Positions 27,768-36,235 of a stretch of 64,000 nt of DNA are shown here, piece by piece. Both the position numbers and the translations under genes were made by a program. The DNA is taken from contig CAVZGH010000001.1 in NCBI GenBank assembly GCA_963774785.1, positions 1,862,811 through 1,926,810 on the forward strand. Direction: 5' to 3'. The first letter of the stretch is position 1; the number at the start of each line of letters is the position of its first letter. The DNA is from an uncultured Solirubrobacterales bacterium (GTDB lineage: Bacteria; Actinomycetota; Thermoleophilia; Solirubrobacterales; Solirubrobacteraceae). Below the pieces are notes generated by a model. It saw only the letters and a list, made by a program, of their open reading frames with translations. It made no database searches and was not told the DNA's origin.

Positions 27768-29921
27768 ATGTCCAGCGCCGCTGAGCAAGTACCGCTGTGG
27801 GAGCCCACGGCCGAGGACCGCGAGCGCGCCGAGATGACGCGCTTCATGCGCTTCGCCGGCGAACGCCGCAGGCGCGCGTTCGAAGGTTACGACGAGCTGT
27901 GGAAATGGTCGGTCTCCGAGTTGGAGGAGTTCTGGGCGTGCATCTGGGAGTTCTGCGGCGTGCGCGCGTCAAAGCCCTACGCGCGTGTCCTGACCTCGCA
28001 TGAGATGCCGGGCACGCGCTGGTTCGAGGGGGCCGAGCTGAACTACGCGGAGAACCTCTTGTTGGGCCCATGCACCCCGCCGCCCGGCGAAGATGCCGAG
28101 TCCGTTTCGGGTGAGGTGGCGCCGGGCATGCGATCGGCCGGTCGAGAGCCCGGCGAGGTGGCGATCCTGCACCGCTCGGAGCTACGGGACCAGAATCCAC
28201 CCGGCCAGCTCACGCGCGGCGAGCTCACGGCCGAGGTCGCCCGCGCCGCGGCCGGTCTGCGCGCGCTCGGCGTCGGCCGTGGCGATCGCGTCGTTGCCTA
28301 CATGCCGAACATCCCCGAGACGTTGATCGCGTTCCTGGCGACGGTGTCGATCGGCGCGATCTTCTCGAGCGCCGCGCCCGAGTTCGGCGCGCGCAGCGTG
28401 ATCGACCGCTTCGCCCAGATCGAGCCGAAGGTGCTGCTCGCGGTCGATGGCTACCGGCACGGAGGGAAGGACTTCGCGCGCCTCGATGTCGTGCGCGGGA
28501 TCCTCGCGGAGCTGCCCTCGGTCGAACACGTCGTGCTGCTCGCCTACCTCGATGCGGATGCGCGCTTGGACGGGGAGGCAGGAGGCGAGGTGAACACCGC
28601 GGAGGATGCCGACACCCGGATCGAGGCCGACCCCCAAGCCGGCGAACCTCCCGGGGTGCACACCTGGGCGCAGCTGTTGGAGGGGGGATTCGAAACGGAG
28701 CTGACGTTCGAGCAGGTTCCGTTCGACCATCCCCTGTGGGTGCTCTACTCCTCCGGCACGACCGGCCTGCCGAAGGCGATCGTGCACTCCCACGGCGGGA
28801 TCCTGCTCGAGCAGCTGAAGAAGCGCCTGCACCTGGACCTTCGTCAGGGCGACAGGATGTTCTGGTTCACGACGACCGGCTGGATGATGTGGAACTTCCT
28901 CGTCGGCTGCCTGCACTCGGAGGCCGCGATCGTGCTCTACGACGGCAGCCCGGCGTATCCGGATCTGGGGATGCTGTGGGACCTGGCAGAGCGCACGGGG
29001 ATCACCTGCATGGGCCTCAGCGCCGGCCTGCTGGCAGGCATGGAGAAGGCGGGGATCGAGCCCGGCCGCGACCGCGACCTGAGCAGGTTGCGCGCGATCG
29101 GATCGACGGGCTCGCCGCTCGCGCCGGAGAGCTTCAGATGGGTCTACGAGCACGTCAAGCCCGACGTCTGGCTGTTCTCGACGAGCGGCGGCACGGACGT
29201 CTGCACCGCGTTCGTAGCCGGGTGTCCGCTGCTACCCGTGTACGAAGGCGAACTGCAGTGCCGCGCGCTCGGCTGCGCGGTGCAGGCCTGGGACGAGCGG
29301 GGGCGCAGCCTCGTCGACGAGGTCGGCGAGCTTGTGATCACGGAGCCACTGCCCTCGATGCCGATCTGCTTCTGGAACGACCCCGAGGGCGAGCGGCTGC
29401 GCGAGAGCTACTTCTCGATGTACCCCGGTGTCTGGCGTCACGGCGACTGGATTCGCATCACGCCCCGCGGCGGGGCGGTGATCTACGGACGTTCGGATTC
29501 GACGATCAACCGCCAGGGCGTGCGGATGGGCACGAGCGAGATCTACCGCGCCGTCGCAACCGTGGGGGAGGTGCTGGATTCGCTTGTCGTCAACGTTCCC
29601 CGGGGTGGGGGGAGGACAACCGATGCCCACCCACAGGAATTGTGGATGGGACTGTTCGTCGTTCTCAGCGAAGGCGTCGAACTGGATGAGGACCTGACAA
29701 AGACGATCAAGCGAAGAATCCGCGAGGATTGCTCGCCCCGTCACGTGCCCAATGAGATCCTCCAAATCGAGGAGGTCCCGCGGACATTGTCCGGCAAGGT
29801 TCTGGAGGTCCCTGTCAAGAAGATCCTGATGGGCACCGCCCCCGCGCAGGCGGCGAGCGTTGATTCGCTGGCCAACCCCCGCTCGCTGGACTATTTCGTC
29901 GAACTGTCGAAGACCTTCTAA
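27768..29921 (+). CDS. Acetoacetate-CoA ligase
   Basis: YSSGTTGLPKAIVH, TTTGWMMWN, SGGTD, VWRHGDW and GRSDSTINR.GVRMG. Confidence 0.93.
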   Translation: MSSAAEQVPLWEPTAEDRERAEMTRFMRFAGERRRRAFEGYDELWKWSVSELEEFWACIWEFCGVRASKPYARVLTSHEMPGTRWFEGAELNYAENLLLGPCTPPPGEDAESVSGEVAPGMRSAGREPGEVAILHRSELRDQNPPGQLTRGELTAEVARAAAGLRALGVGRGDRVVAYMPNIPETLIAFLATVSIGAIFSSAAPEFGARSVIDRFAQIEPKVLLAVDGYRHGGKDFARLDVVRGILAELPSVEHVVLLAYLDADARLDGEAGGEVNTAEDADTRIEADPQAGEPPGVHTWAQLLEGGFETELTFEQVPFDHPLWVLYSSGTTGLPKAIVHSHGGILLEQLKKRLHLDLRQGDRMFWFTTTGWMMWNFLVGCLHSEAAIVLYDGSPAYPDLGMLWDLAERTGITCMGLSAGLLAGMEKAGIEPGRDRDLSRLRAIGSTGSPLAPESFRWVYEHVKPDVWLFSTSGGTDVCTAFVAGCPLLPVYEGELQCRALGCAVQAWDERGRSLVDEVGELVITEPLPSMPICFWNDPEGERLRESYFSMYPGVWRHGDWIRITPRGGAVIYGRSDSTINRQGVRMGTSEIYRAVATVGEVLDSLVVNVPRGGGRTTDAHPQELWMGLFVVLSEGVELDEDLTKTIKRRIREDCSPRHVPNEILQIEEVPRTLSGKVLEVPVKKILMGTAPAQAASVDSLANPRSLDYFVELSKTF

Positions 29922-30054
29922 GCCTCAGAAGCCTTCTCTAGGGCGTCGTGGACCAAGCGGGGCGCGGACGCAGTGAGCGTGGCGTACCGATCGTCCGGGA
30001 TCGGCCAGCACGCGAGCGACCGAGGACACAGGCCCGCGCCGTGTCCACGGCGTC

Positions 30055-31221
30055 CTACAGGCCCATCGATCTACCAACGATCTCCTTCATGATCTCGTTC
30101 GCCCCGCCGTATATACGTGTGACGCGCGCGTCCGCGTACGCGCGCGCGATCGGGTACTCGGTCATGTAGCCGTAGCCGCCGTGGAGCTGCAGGCAGCGGT
30201 CGACGACGCGCCCCTGCAACTCGGTGCACCACCACTTCGCCATCGCCGCGTCCTCGGGAGCCAGCTCGCCGTCATTGAGGGCGACAGTGCAGCGATCGAC
30301 ATAGGTGCGCGCGATCTCGACTTCGGTGCGCACCTCGGCGAGCGTGAACCGCGAATTCTGAAACGACCCGATCGGCTGGCCGAAGGCCTGGCGCTCGCGC
30401 ACGTAGTCGAGCGTCCAGCCGAGCGCCGCCTGCGCCGCCGCGACGGCCGACGCCGCGATCGAGAGGCGCTCCTGGGGGAGGTTCGAGACGAGGTAGCGAA
30501 AGCCCTCGCCCTCCTGCCCGAGCAGGTTCTCGACGGGGACGCGCGCGTCGGCGAACGACAGCTCGGCGGTGTCCTGCGAATGCTGGCCGAGCTTCTCGAG
30601 GTTGCGCCCGCGCTCGAAGCCCTCGGTCCCGCGCTCGACGACGAGCAGGCTGATCCCGCGGTGTCTGTCCTGATGCCCGCCCACCCCGGTCTTCACGGCG
30701 AGGATCACGAGGTCGGCGTTGATCCCGTTCGTGATGAACGTCTTCGCCCCGTCGACGACGTAGTGCTCGCCCTCGCGCCGCGCGCGCGTGGACATGTTCG
30801 CGAGGTCCGAGCCGATCCCGGGCTCGGTCATCGCCAGCGCGGTGATCAGCTCGCCGGAGGCGATCCCCGGCAGCCAGCGCTCGCGCTGGGCATCGTCGCA
30901 GTAGGCGAGGAAGTAGGGCAGGCAGATGTCGTTGTGCAACGTGATCCCCAGCCCAAAGCCGCCGACGCCGGCGCGCTGGGTCTCCTCGCCGATCACGAGG
31001 TTGAAGCGGAAGTCCGCGGCGCCGGCGCCGCCGAGGCGCTCGGGCACGGCCATGCCGAGAAAGCCGCCGCGGCCGGCCAGCGCGAAGACCTCACGGGGAA
31101 CGATCCCATCACGCTCCCATTCGCCATAGCGGCCCTCATCGCCGAGCACCTCGCGCGCGAGGAACGTGCGGAAGCTCGCGCGGAAGTCTTCGTGGAGGTC
31201 TTCGTAGAGGGTGCGCCTCAT
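30055..31221 (-). CDS. Acyl-CoA dehydrogenase
   Basis: AMTEPG.GSD, KTFITNG, RQAFG, QLHGGYGY and IYGGANEIM. Confidence 0.93.
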   Translation of the reverse strand: MRRTLYEDLHEDFRASFRTFLAREVLGDEGRYGEWERDGIVPREVFALAGRGGFLGMAVPERLGGAGAADFRFNLVIGEETQRAGVGGFGLGITLHNDICLPYFLAYCDDAQRERWLPGIASGELITALAMTEPGIGSDLANMSTRARREGEHYVVDGAKTFITNGINADLVILAVKTGVGGHQDRHRGISLLVVERGTEGFERGRNLEKLGQHSQDTAELSFADARVPVENLLGQEGEGFRYLVSNLPQERLSIAASAVAAAQAALGWTLDYVRERQAFGQPIGSFQNSRFTLAEVRTEVEIARTYVDRCTVALNDGELAPEDAAMAKWWCTELQGRVVDRCLQLHGGYGYMTEYPIARAYADARVTRIYGGANEIMKEIVGRSMGL

Positions 31222-32441
31222 GCAGCGAGAGACACTACCGGCGCGGGCTCCGCGCGATAGCCGGGCTTGGCCAAGAGTAGCTGCACATCCTGAATCCGGC
31301 GCTCGCGGAAGCCGCCCTCGCAGTAGCACAGATAGAGCTCCCACAGCCGGCGGAAGCGTTCGTCGTAGCCGAGGTCGGCGAGGCAGGTGGAGGCGGCGAG
31401 AAAGCGCTCGCGCCAGCGCGCGAGCGTCGTCGCATAGTGAGCGGTGATGTCCTCGAGATGGACCTGGCGCAGGTCGGTGACGCGCGCGAGCTGGCGCGAG
31501 ATCAGCTCCAGCGAGGGCAGGCATCCGCCCGGGAAGATGTAGGTGTTGATGAAGCTCTTTGAGGCCTTCTCGACCTGGTAGGCGCGGTCGTCGATCACGA
31601 TCGCCTGCAACAGCATCGCGCCCTCGTCGCGCAAGAGCTCCGAGCAGCGGCGGAAGTAGGTCGGGAAGTTCTGCCAGCCGACGGCCTCGATCATCTCGAT
31701 CGAGACGAGCTTGTCGTAGCAGCCGCGCAGGTCGCGGTAGTCCTCGAGCAGCACGGTCACCCGGTCCTCGAGCCCCGCCGCGCGCACGCGCGCGGTCGCG
31801 TAGGCGTGCTGTTCGCGCGAGATCGTCGTCGTCGTCACGCGGCAGCCATGGTGCTCGGCCGCGTAGAGCGCGAACCCGCCCCAGCCGGCCCCGATCTCGA
31901 GCACGTGATCGCCGGGGCCGAGGTCGAGCTTCGCGCAGACCCGCTCGAGCTTCGCGAGCGAGGCCTCCTCGAGGGTCGCCCGCGGCGAGGGGAAGATCGC
32001 GCACGAGTACATCATCGTCGGGTCGAGGAACAGCCCGAACAGCTCGTTGCCGAGGTCGTAATGGGCGGCGATCTGCTTGCGCGAGCGCCCGATCGTGTTG
32101 CGCGCCGTCCAACGCATCCAGCGTTGAACAGGGATCAGCACGGGCGCGAGCGCACGGCGCAGGTTGTCGAGCGCACGCACGTTTAATGCCGCGATGCGGG
32201 TGAGGGCGACGAGGTCGGGGCACTCCCAGAGGCCGTCCATGTAGGACTCGCACAGCCCGACGCTGCCGCGCAGCAGCGCGCGGTAGAAGCGGGGCGAGCG
32301 AACCTCGACCGTGACCCGCAGCGGACGCGGGGGAGAGGTGTCGCCGAACGTCAGGCGCTCTCCGTTCTCGACGATCGTCAATTCACCGTCGTGGATCCTG
32401 CGCAACAGTCGCAGGACGATCGATCTGGCGAGGCGGTTCAT
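31218..32441 (-). CDS. Cyclopropane-fatty-acyl-phospholipid synthase family methyltransferase
   Basis: HYDLGNE, MMYSCA, LEIGAGWG, SIEMIEAVG and YIFPGG. Confidence 0.93.
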   Translation of the reverse strand: MNRLARSIVLRLLRRIHDGELTIVENGERLTFGDTSPPRPLRVTVEVRSPRFYRALLRGSVGLCESYMDGLWECPDLVALTRIAALNVRALDNLRRALAPVLIPVQRWMRWTARNTIGRSRKQIAAHYDLGNELFGLFLDPTMMYSCAIFPSPRATLEEASLAKLERVCAKLDLGPGDHVLEIGAGWGGFALYAAEHHGCRVTTTTISREQHAYATARVRAAGLEDRVTVLLEDYRDLRGCYDKLVSIEMIEAVGWQNFPTYFRRCSELLRDEGAMLLQAIVIDDRAYQVEKASKSFINTYIFPGGCLPSLELISRQLARVTDLRQVHLEDITAHYATTLARWRERFLAASTCLADLGYDERFRRLWELYLCYCEGGFRERRIQDVQLLLAKPGYRAEPAPVVSLAA

Positions 32442-33208
32442 GTCCGTACACCGGTCTTACCCGGGTGGGGAAAGTATCTAGCTCCACGCAACCTCAGACG
32501 AAGGGCATGGGAATAGATCCGGATCAGGATCCGCAATGTGATCAGGGGGTATCGGATCAGAACCGATCGCAACGCACGCGGGGTCATCTCACGACGATGC
32601 AACGAGAGGGTGGCGTCGAACACCTTGGTCTGCTCGCGGTCGGACTCGATGTGCACCAGCAGCTGCTCACCGGGCTCGGTCAAACGCCAGTCGTAGGTGT
32701 GGTCCATCCCCATCAGGGGCGAAACATGGAGCTGCTTGTCGAACCTGGCTCGCATCAGCTTGATGGTCCCGTGATCTGAGAGATCCACAACTCTCATCAC
32801 GTAGGAATGACGCTCACCCCAAGGTGTATTTGTAACATCCGCAACGATAGCAAGCACCTGGGAACCGTCTTCGGAAAAGCAGTAGTAGAAGCTGACCGGG
32901 TTGAAGGACTTGCCGAAGTAGCGCAGGTGCGTGAGCAGCCGAACCGGTCCTCTCAGATCCATCCCGGTGCGTTCCTTCACCAGCTCATGGACGGCATCGG
33001 GCAGGGGCACATCGGGATCGCCGAGGTAGTCCGAGCGACGAAACCAGGCCAGTGTGGGCCGGCGCGCGGACCACGACCAAGAGCCGTCAAAGCAAGCGGG
33101 AAGCTCATCCAGGTCCAGGTAGGCCATGAACAACGGGTAGCGAAGCTCGTCCCTGACCTCACCCATCCGCCGGTGACGGACAGAGCCCTCGTAGAGACAG
33201 CTGTTCAC
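32438..33208 (-). CDS. DUF1365 family protein
   Basis: LYEGSVRHRR, FNPVSFYYC, V.NTPWGERHSY and KQLHVSP. Confidence 0.9.
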   Translation of the reverse strand: MNSCLYEGSVRHRRMGEVRDELRYPLFMAYLDLDELPACFDGSWSWSARRPTLAWFRRSDYLGDPDVPLPDAVHELVKERTGMDLRGPVRLLTHLRYFGKSFNPVSFYYCFSEDGSQVLAIVADVTNTPWGERHSYVMRVVDLSDHGTIKLMRARFDKQLHVSPLMGMDHTYDWRLTEPGEQLLVHIESDREQTKVFDATLSLHRREMTPRALRSVLIRYPLITLRILIRIYSHALRLRLRGARYFPHPGKTGVRT

Positions 33209-33270
33209 GATGACACCCGCGCCATCCGTGCCCCGTCCGGGCAAAGCGCACAGGCCGATCGCCGGGCGCC

Positions 33271-33312
33271 AAATCGATACCGGCTCACAAGAAATCGATA
33301 CCGGCTCACAAG
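33271..33312. repeat. Perfect 21-bp tandem duplication
   Basis: AAATCGATACCGGCTCACAAG x2, spanning the stop codon of the FAD oxidoreductase. Confidence 0.9.
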
Positions 33313-34655
33313 GTCACCCCAAACGGCTCGCACGCGCGCAAAGCGCTGACGACGCCGTCCTCGTGAAAGCCCCAGCCCCAGTAGGCGCCGCAGAAGTGGG
33401 TGCGCCTCGCGAAGCCCCCGAGCGCGCCGTGCTGGGACTGGGCGGCGATGCCCACGGGGGTGAAGACGGGGTGGGCGTAGTCGATCGTGCGGATGATCTT
33501 CGCGGGGTCGATCGCCTCCGTGCGGTTCAGCGTGACGCAGAAGTCGCGGTCGGCGCGCAGGCGCTGGAGGTGGTTCATGTAGTAGGTGACGGTGCTCAGC
33601 GGCTTGGGCTCGCGCAGCAGGTGGAAGTTCCAGGCGGCCCGCGCGAAGCGCCGGCGCGGCAGCAGCGTCGAGTCGGTGTGCAGCACGGCCTCGTTGCGCT
33701 GGTAGGGGATCGCGCCGAGCACCTCGCGCTCGCGCTCTGAGGCGTCGCCAAGCATCGCGAGCGCCTGGTCGGAGTGGGCGGCGATCACGACCTGGTCGTA
33801 GGACTGTGTGTACCGCCCGCCGCGCCCGCCGCCGGCTCCGCGATCCTCGGCGACGATCTCGACGTGGCCCTCGGCGCGGGTGATCGAGCAGACCGGCGAG
33901 TCGAGCCGGATGCGCTCGTGCAGCGGCCGCGTGAGCGCCTCGACGTAACGCGCCGAGCCGCCGACGACGGTCGACCAGCGCGGGCGGTCGCGAAAGCCGA
34001 GCATCCCGTGGTTGGCGAAGAACTCGGCGAGGAAGCGCACGGGGAACGAGGCGATCTGGCGCGGGTCGGCCGACCACACCGCGGAGACCTGGGGGACGAT
34101 CAGCCGGCGGACGAAGGTCTCGGAGAAGCGGTGTCGGGCGAGGAAGTCCTGCAGCGACTCGCCGTCGTGCGGCGAGAGCCCTCCCCGCATGGCGCCGCGC
34201 GCCGGCCCGTCGCCTCCAGGTAGGTCGCGGGCCGACAGGGCCGGATGTTCGTGCCCGAGCAGACGGCGCAGCTCGCGGTTGAAGCGCAGTAGGTCGGCGA
34301 TCATCCGCTGGAAGCGCACGTTCAGCAGGTTGCTGGGCTGGCAGAAGAGCCCGCGCGGCGTGCCCGCGTATTCGAAGTCCTCCTCCTCGCCCTTCACCGA
34401 GAAGCTCATGTTCGTGTCCTGCGTTGCGACCCCGAGTTGGTGCAGCAGCCGCGTGAAGTTGGGGTAGTTGCGGTCGTTCATCACGATGAAGCCGGTGTCG
34501 ATGTGATGGGTCTCGTGCGCGGTGTCGACGCGGATCGTGTTCGTGTGTCCGCCCGCGCGGGAGCCGGCCTCGTAGAGGACGACCTCGTGCTCGCGCGCCA
34601 GCAGATGGGCGGCCACCAGCCCGGAGACGCCGGCGCCGACGATCGCGATCTTCAT
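33306..34655 (-). CDS. FAD-dependent oxidoreductase (COG2907-like, partner of DUF1365 and cfa)
   Basis: GAGVSG, GGHTNT, DTGFIV.N...YPNF and GAYWGWGFHEDG. Confidence 0.92.
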   Translation of the reverse strand: MKIAIVGAGVSGLVAAHLLAREHEVVLYEAGSRAGGHTNTIRVDTAHETHHIDTGFIVMNDRNYPNFTRLLHQLGVATQDTNMSFSVKGEEEDFEYAGTPRGLFCQPSNLLNVRFQRMIADLLRFNRELRRLLGHEHPALSARDLPGGDGPARGAMRGGLSPHDGESLQDFLARHRFSETFVRRLIVPQVSAVWSADPRQIASFPVRFLAEFFANHGMLGFRDRPRWSTVVGGSARYVEALTRPLHERIRLDSPVCSITRAEGHVEIVAEDRGAGGGRGGRYTQSYDQVVIAAHSDQALAMLGDASEREREVLGAIPYQRNEAVLHTDSTLLPRRRFARAAWNFHLLREPKPLSTVTYYMNHLQRLRADRDFCVTLNRTEAIDPAKIIRTIDYAHPVFTPVGIAAQSQHGALGGFARRTHFCGAYWGWGFHEDGVVSALRACEPFGVTL

Positions 34656-34845
34656 CGCAACCTCCCGCATCTGCCCGATGTATCGACTCGCATCTCGTCT
34701 CCCATTGTGTGCCTATCTGCGTTCGTTGCCCACGCAACGGATCACTGGGCTCCTTGCGAATGACGTTCCTGGGCAGGGGGCGGTCTCGGTCGCTTTGGAC
34801 GTGTGAGGGAGGAGTGCGAGGCAGAGGCGTCGAACAAGAGCGCCG

Positions 34846-35760
34846 ATGAAGCGTTCTGGCACACCAACCCAGGATCCCCCGAAGGCCGGCCCGATCGTCG
34901 GCACGAGCGATCATCAGAGCCTGTCGAAGTACATCCAGGCGCGCTTCGACGAGTGCTCGCGCTCGCAGAAGGACGTCGCGCAGTACATCGTCGACCACCT
35001 CGACGAGGCCGCCTTCCAGACCGCCGAGGAGCTCGCGCGCCGCGCGAACACGTCGAGCTCGACCGTCGTGCGCTTCTCGCAGGCGCTCGGCTTCGAGGGC
35101 TTCCCCGAGCTGCAGGCCGCCGCGCGCGAGGAATACCGCCGCGTGCACACGAAGACCGAGCCGAAGAACGGTTCGGGCGCCGGCGTGGCCGGATCCTCGA
35201 CGCCGCTGTTCTCGCTCGACCAGAACGAGTTCGAGGCCGCGCTCACCGCCGACCACCTGAACGTCGAGGAGACCGCGCGCAAGGTCTCGCGCAGCTCCGT
35301 CGAGGCGCTGATCGAGGCAATCGTCTCGGCCGAGAAGGTGCTCGTCGCGGGCACCGATCAGATGGCGTTCTTCGCGAGCTACCTCCGCCACCTGCTGATG
35401 CTGCTGGATCTGCGCGTCAACGTGGTCGCGAGCCCCTCGCAGGAGGCGCTCAGCCGTCTCGGGCGGATCGACAGCGGCACGCTCGTGATCGGCCTCTCCG
35501 CCGGGCGCCCGCATCCGCTGGTCGTGCGCGCGATGAAGCTCGCCCGCCACCGCAAGGCGCGCACCGCGGCGATCACCGACGCGACCCTCTCAGAGGTCGC
35601 CAAGCTCGCCCAGATCAAGCTCTACTACTCGTCGAACTCGCCCGCCTACGTGCGCTCGCACACGGCCCTGCTGAGCATGATCCAGGCGCTGGCCTACGGC
35701 GTCTACGCGCAGGATTCCGCGCAGTACGACGACCGCATCAAGGCCTTCCGCCTGAAGTAG
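34846..35760 (+). CDS. MurR/RpiR-family transcriptional regulator
   Basis: ELARRANTSSSTVVRFSQALGFEGFPEL HTH followed by a SIS domain. Confidence 0.9.
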   Translation: MKRSGTPTQDPPKAGPIVGTSDHQSLSKYIQARFDECSRSQKDVAQYIVDHLDEAAFQTAEELARRANTSSSTVVRFSQALGFEGFPELQAAAREEYRRVHTKTEPKNGSGAGVAGSSTPLFSLDQNEFEAALTADHLNVEETARKVSRSSVEALIEAIVSAEKVLVAGTDQMAFFASYLRHLLMLLDLRVNVVASPSQEALSRLGRIDSGTLVIGLSAGRPHPLVVRAMKLARHRKARTAAITDATLSEVAKLAQIKLYYSSNSPAYVRSHTALLSMIQALAYGVYAQDSAQYDDRIKAFRLK

Positions 35761-35830
35761 CGCTGCGCTCTGATTAGCGATGGCTTGCGGGGACGAGCCA
35801 TCGAATCAAAGCTTCGCTTGGCTGATTGGG

Positions 35831-35977
35831 TGATCGGGCCGCATGCGGCCCGATCAGGGAGCGCGCATGCGCGCTCCCGCCGAACGGCGCATGCGCCGTT
35901 CGGAAAGACGTGCCACATGTGGCACGTCACCGGGGCCCACATGTGGGCCCCGGCTGGGCGGTACATGTACCGCCCAG
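35831..35977. repeat. Array of six perfect CATG-centred palindromes with different arms
   Basis: 35831-35856, 35857-35878, 35880-35903, 35907-35928, 35930-35953 and 35954-35977 each equal their own reverse complement (checked by hand). Confidence 0.95.
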
Positions 35978-36048
35978 AACAGCATCGATCACGGGAGACG
36001 TTCGGAGCGGTGCGCACGCTTTTCGGGCCGCCCTCGGGCGGTGTATGC

Positions 36049-36121
36049 GCCCTCGCCGCCGGAAGCGGGCCCCGAGCTCACGAATTGGGGTTGGCGGGTT
36101 CGACTCCCGCCGGGGGCGCTA
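36049..36121 (+). ncRNA. Non-canonical tRNA-like RNA
   Basis: Acceptor GCCCTCG/CGGGGGC + G-CTA; canonical T-arm GCGGG-TTCGACT-CCCGC; mini D-arm CCGC-CGGAA-GCGG; 6-bp stem CCCCGA/TTGGGG with loop GCTCACGAA. Confidence 0.7.
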
Positions 36122-36178
36122 CACTTTGAGATGTGAGTTCGGGGCCACCGTAAATTCGGCGGCAACCTCGGTTCGTGA

Positions 36179-36204
36179 GCGGCCCGCCATTGGCGGGTCG
36201 TTTG
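36179..36204 (+). terminator. Terminator-like hairpin downstream of the tRNA-like RNA
   Basis: GCGGCCCGCCA-T-TGGCGGGTCGT followed by a short T run. Confidence 0.5.
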
Positions 36205-36235
36205 CGTTCTGTGGCGGCAAGCTATCCTCCTTCCC

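Noticed and set aside
35831-35977. CRISPR array
   Set aside because: No constant repeat with unique spacers; the units are self-complementary and abut; no cas genes in the window.
36049-36121. tRNA-Sec or tRNA-Pyl (e.g. suppressing the TAG at 14094)
   Set aside because: No long variable arm, no correctly placed UCA or CUA anticodon, and no sel/pyl genes in the window.
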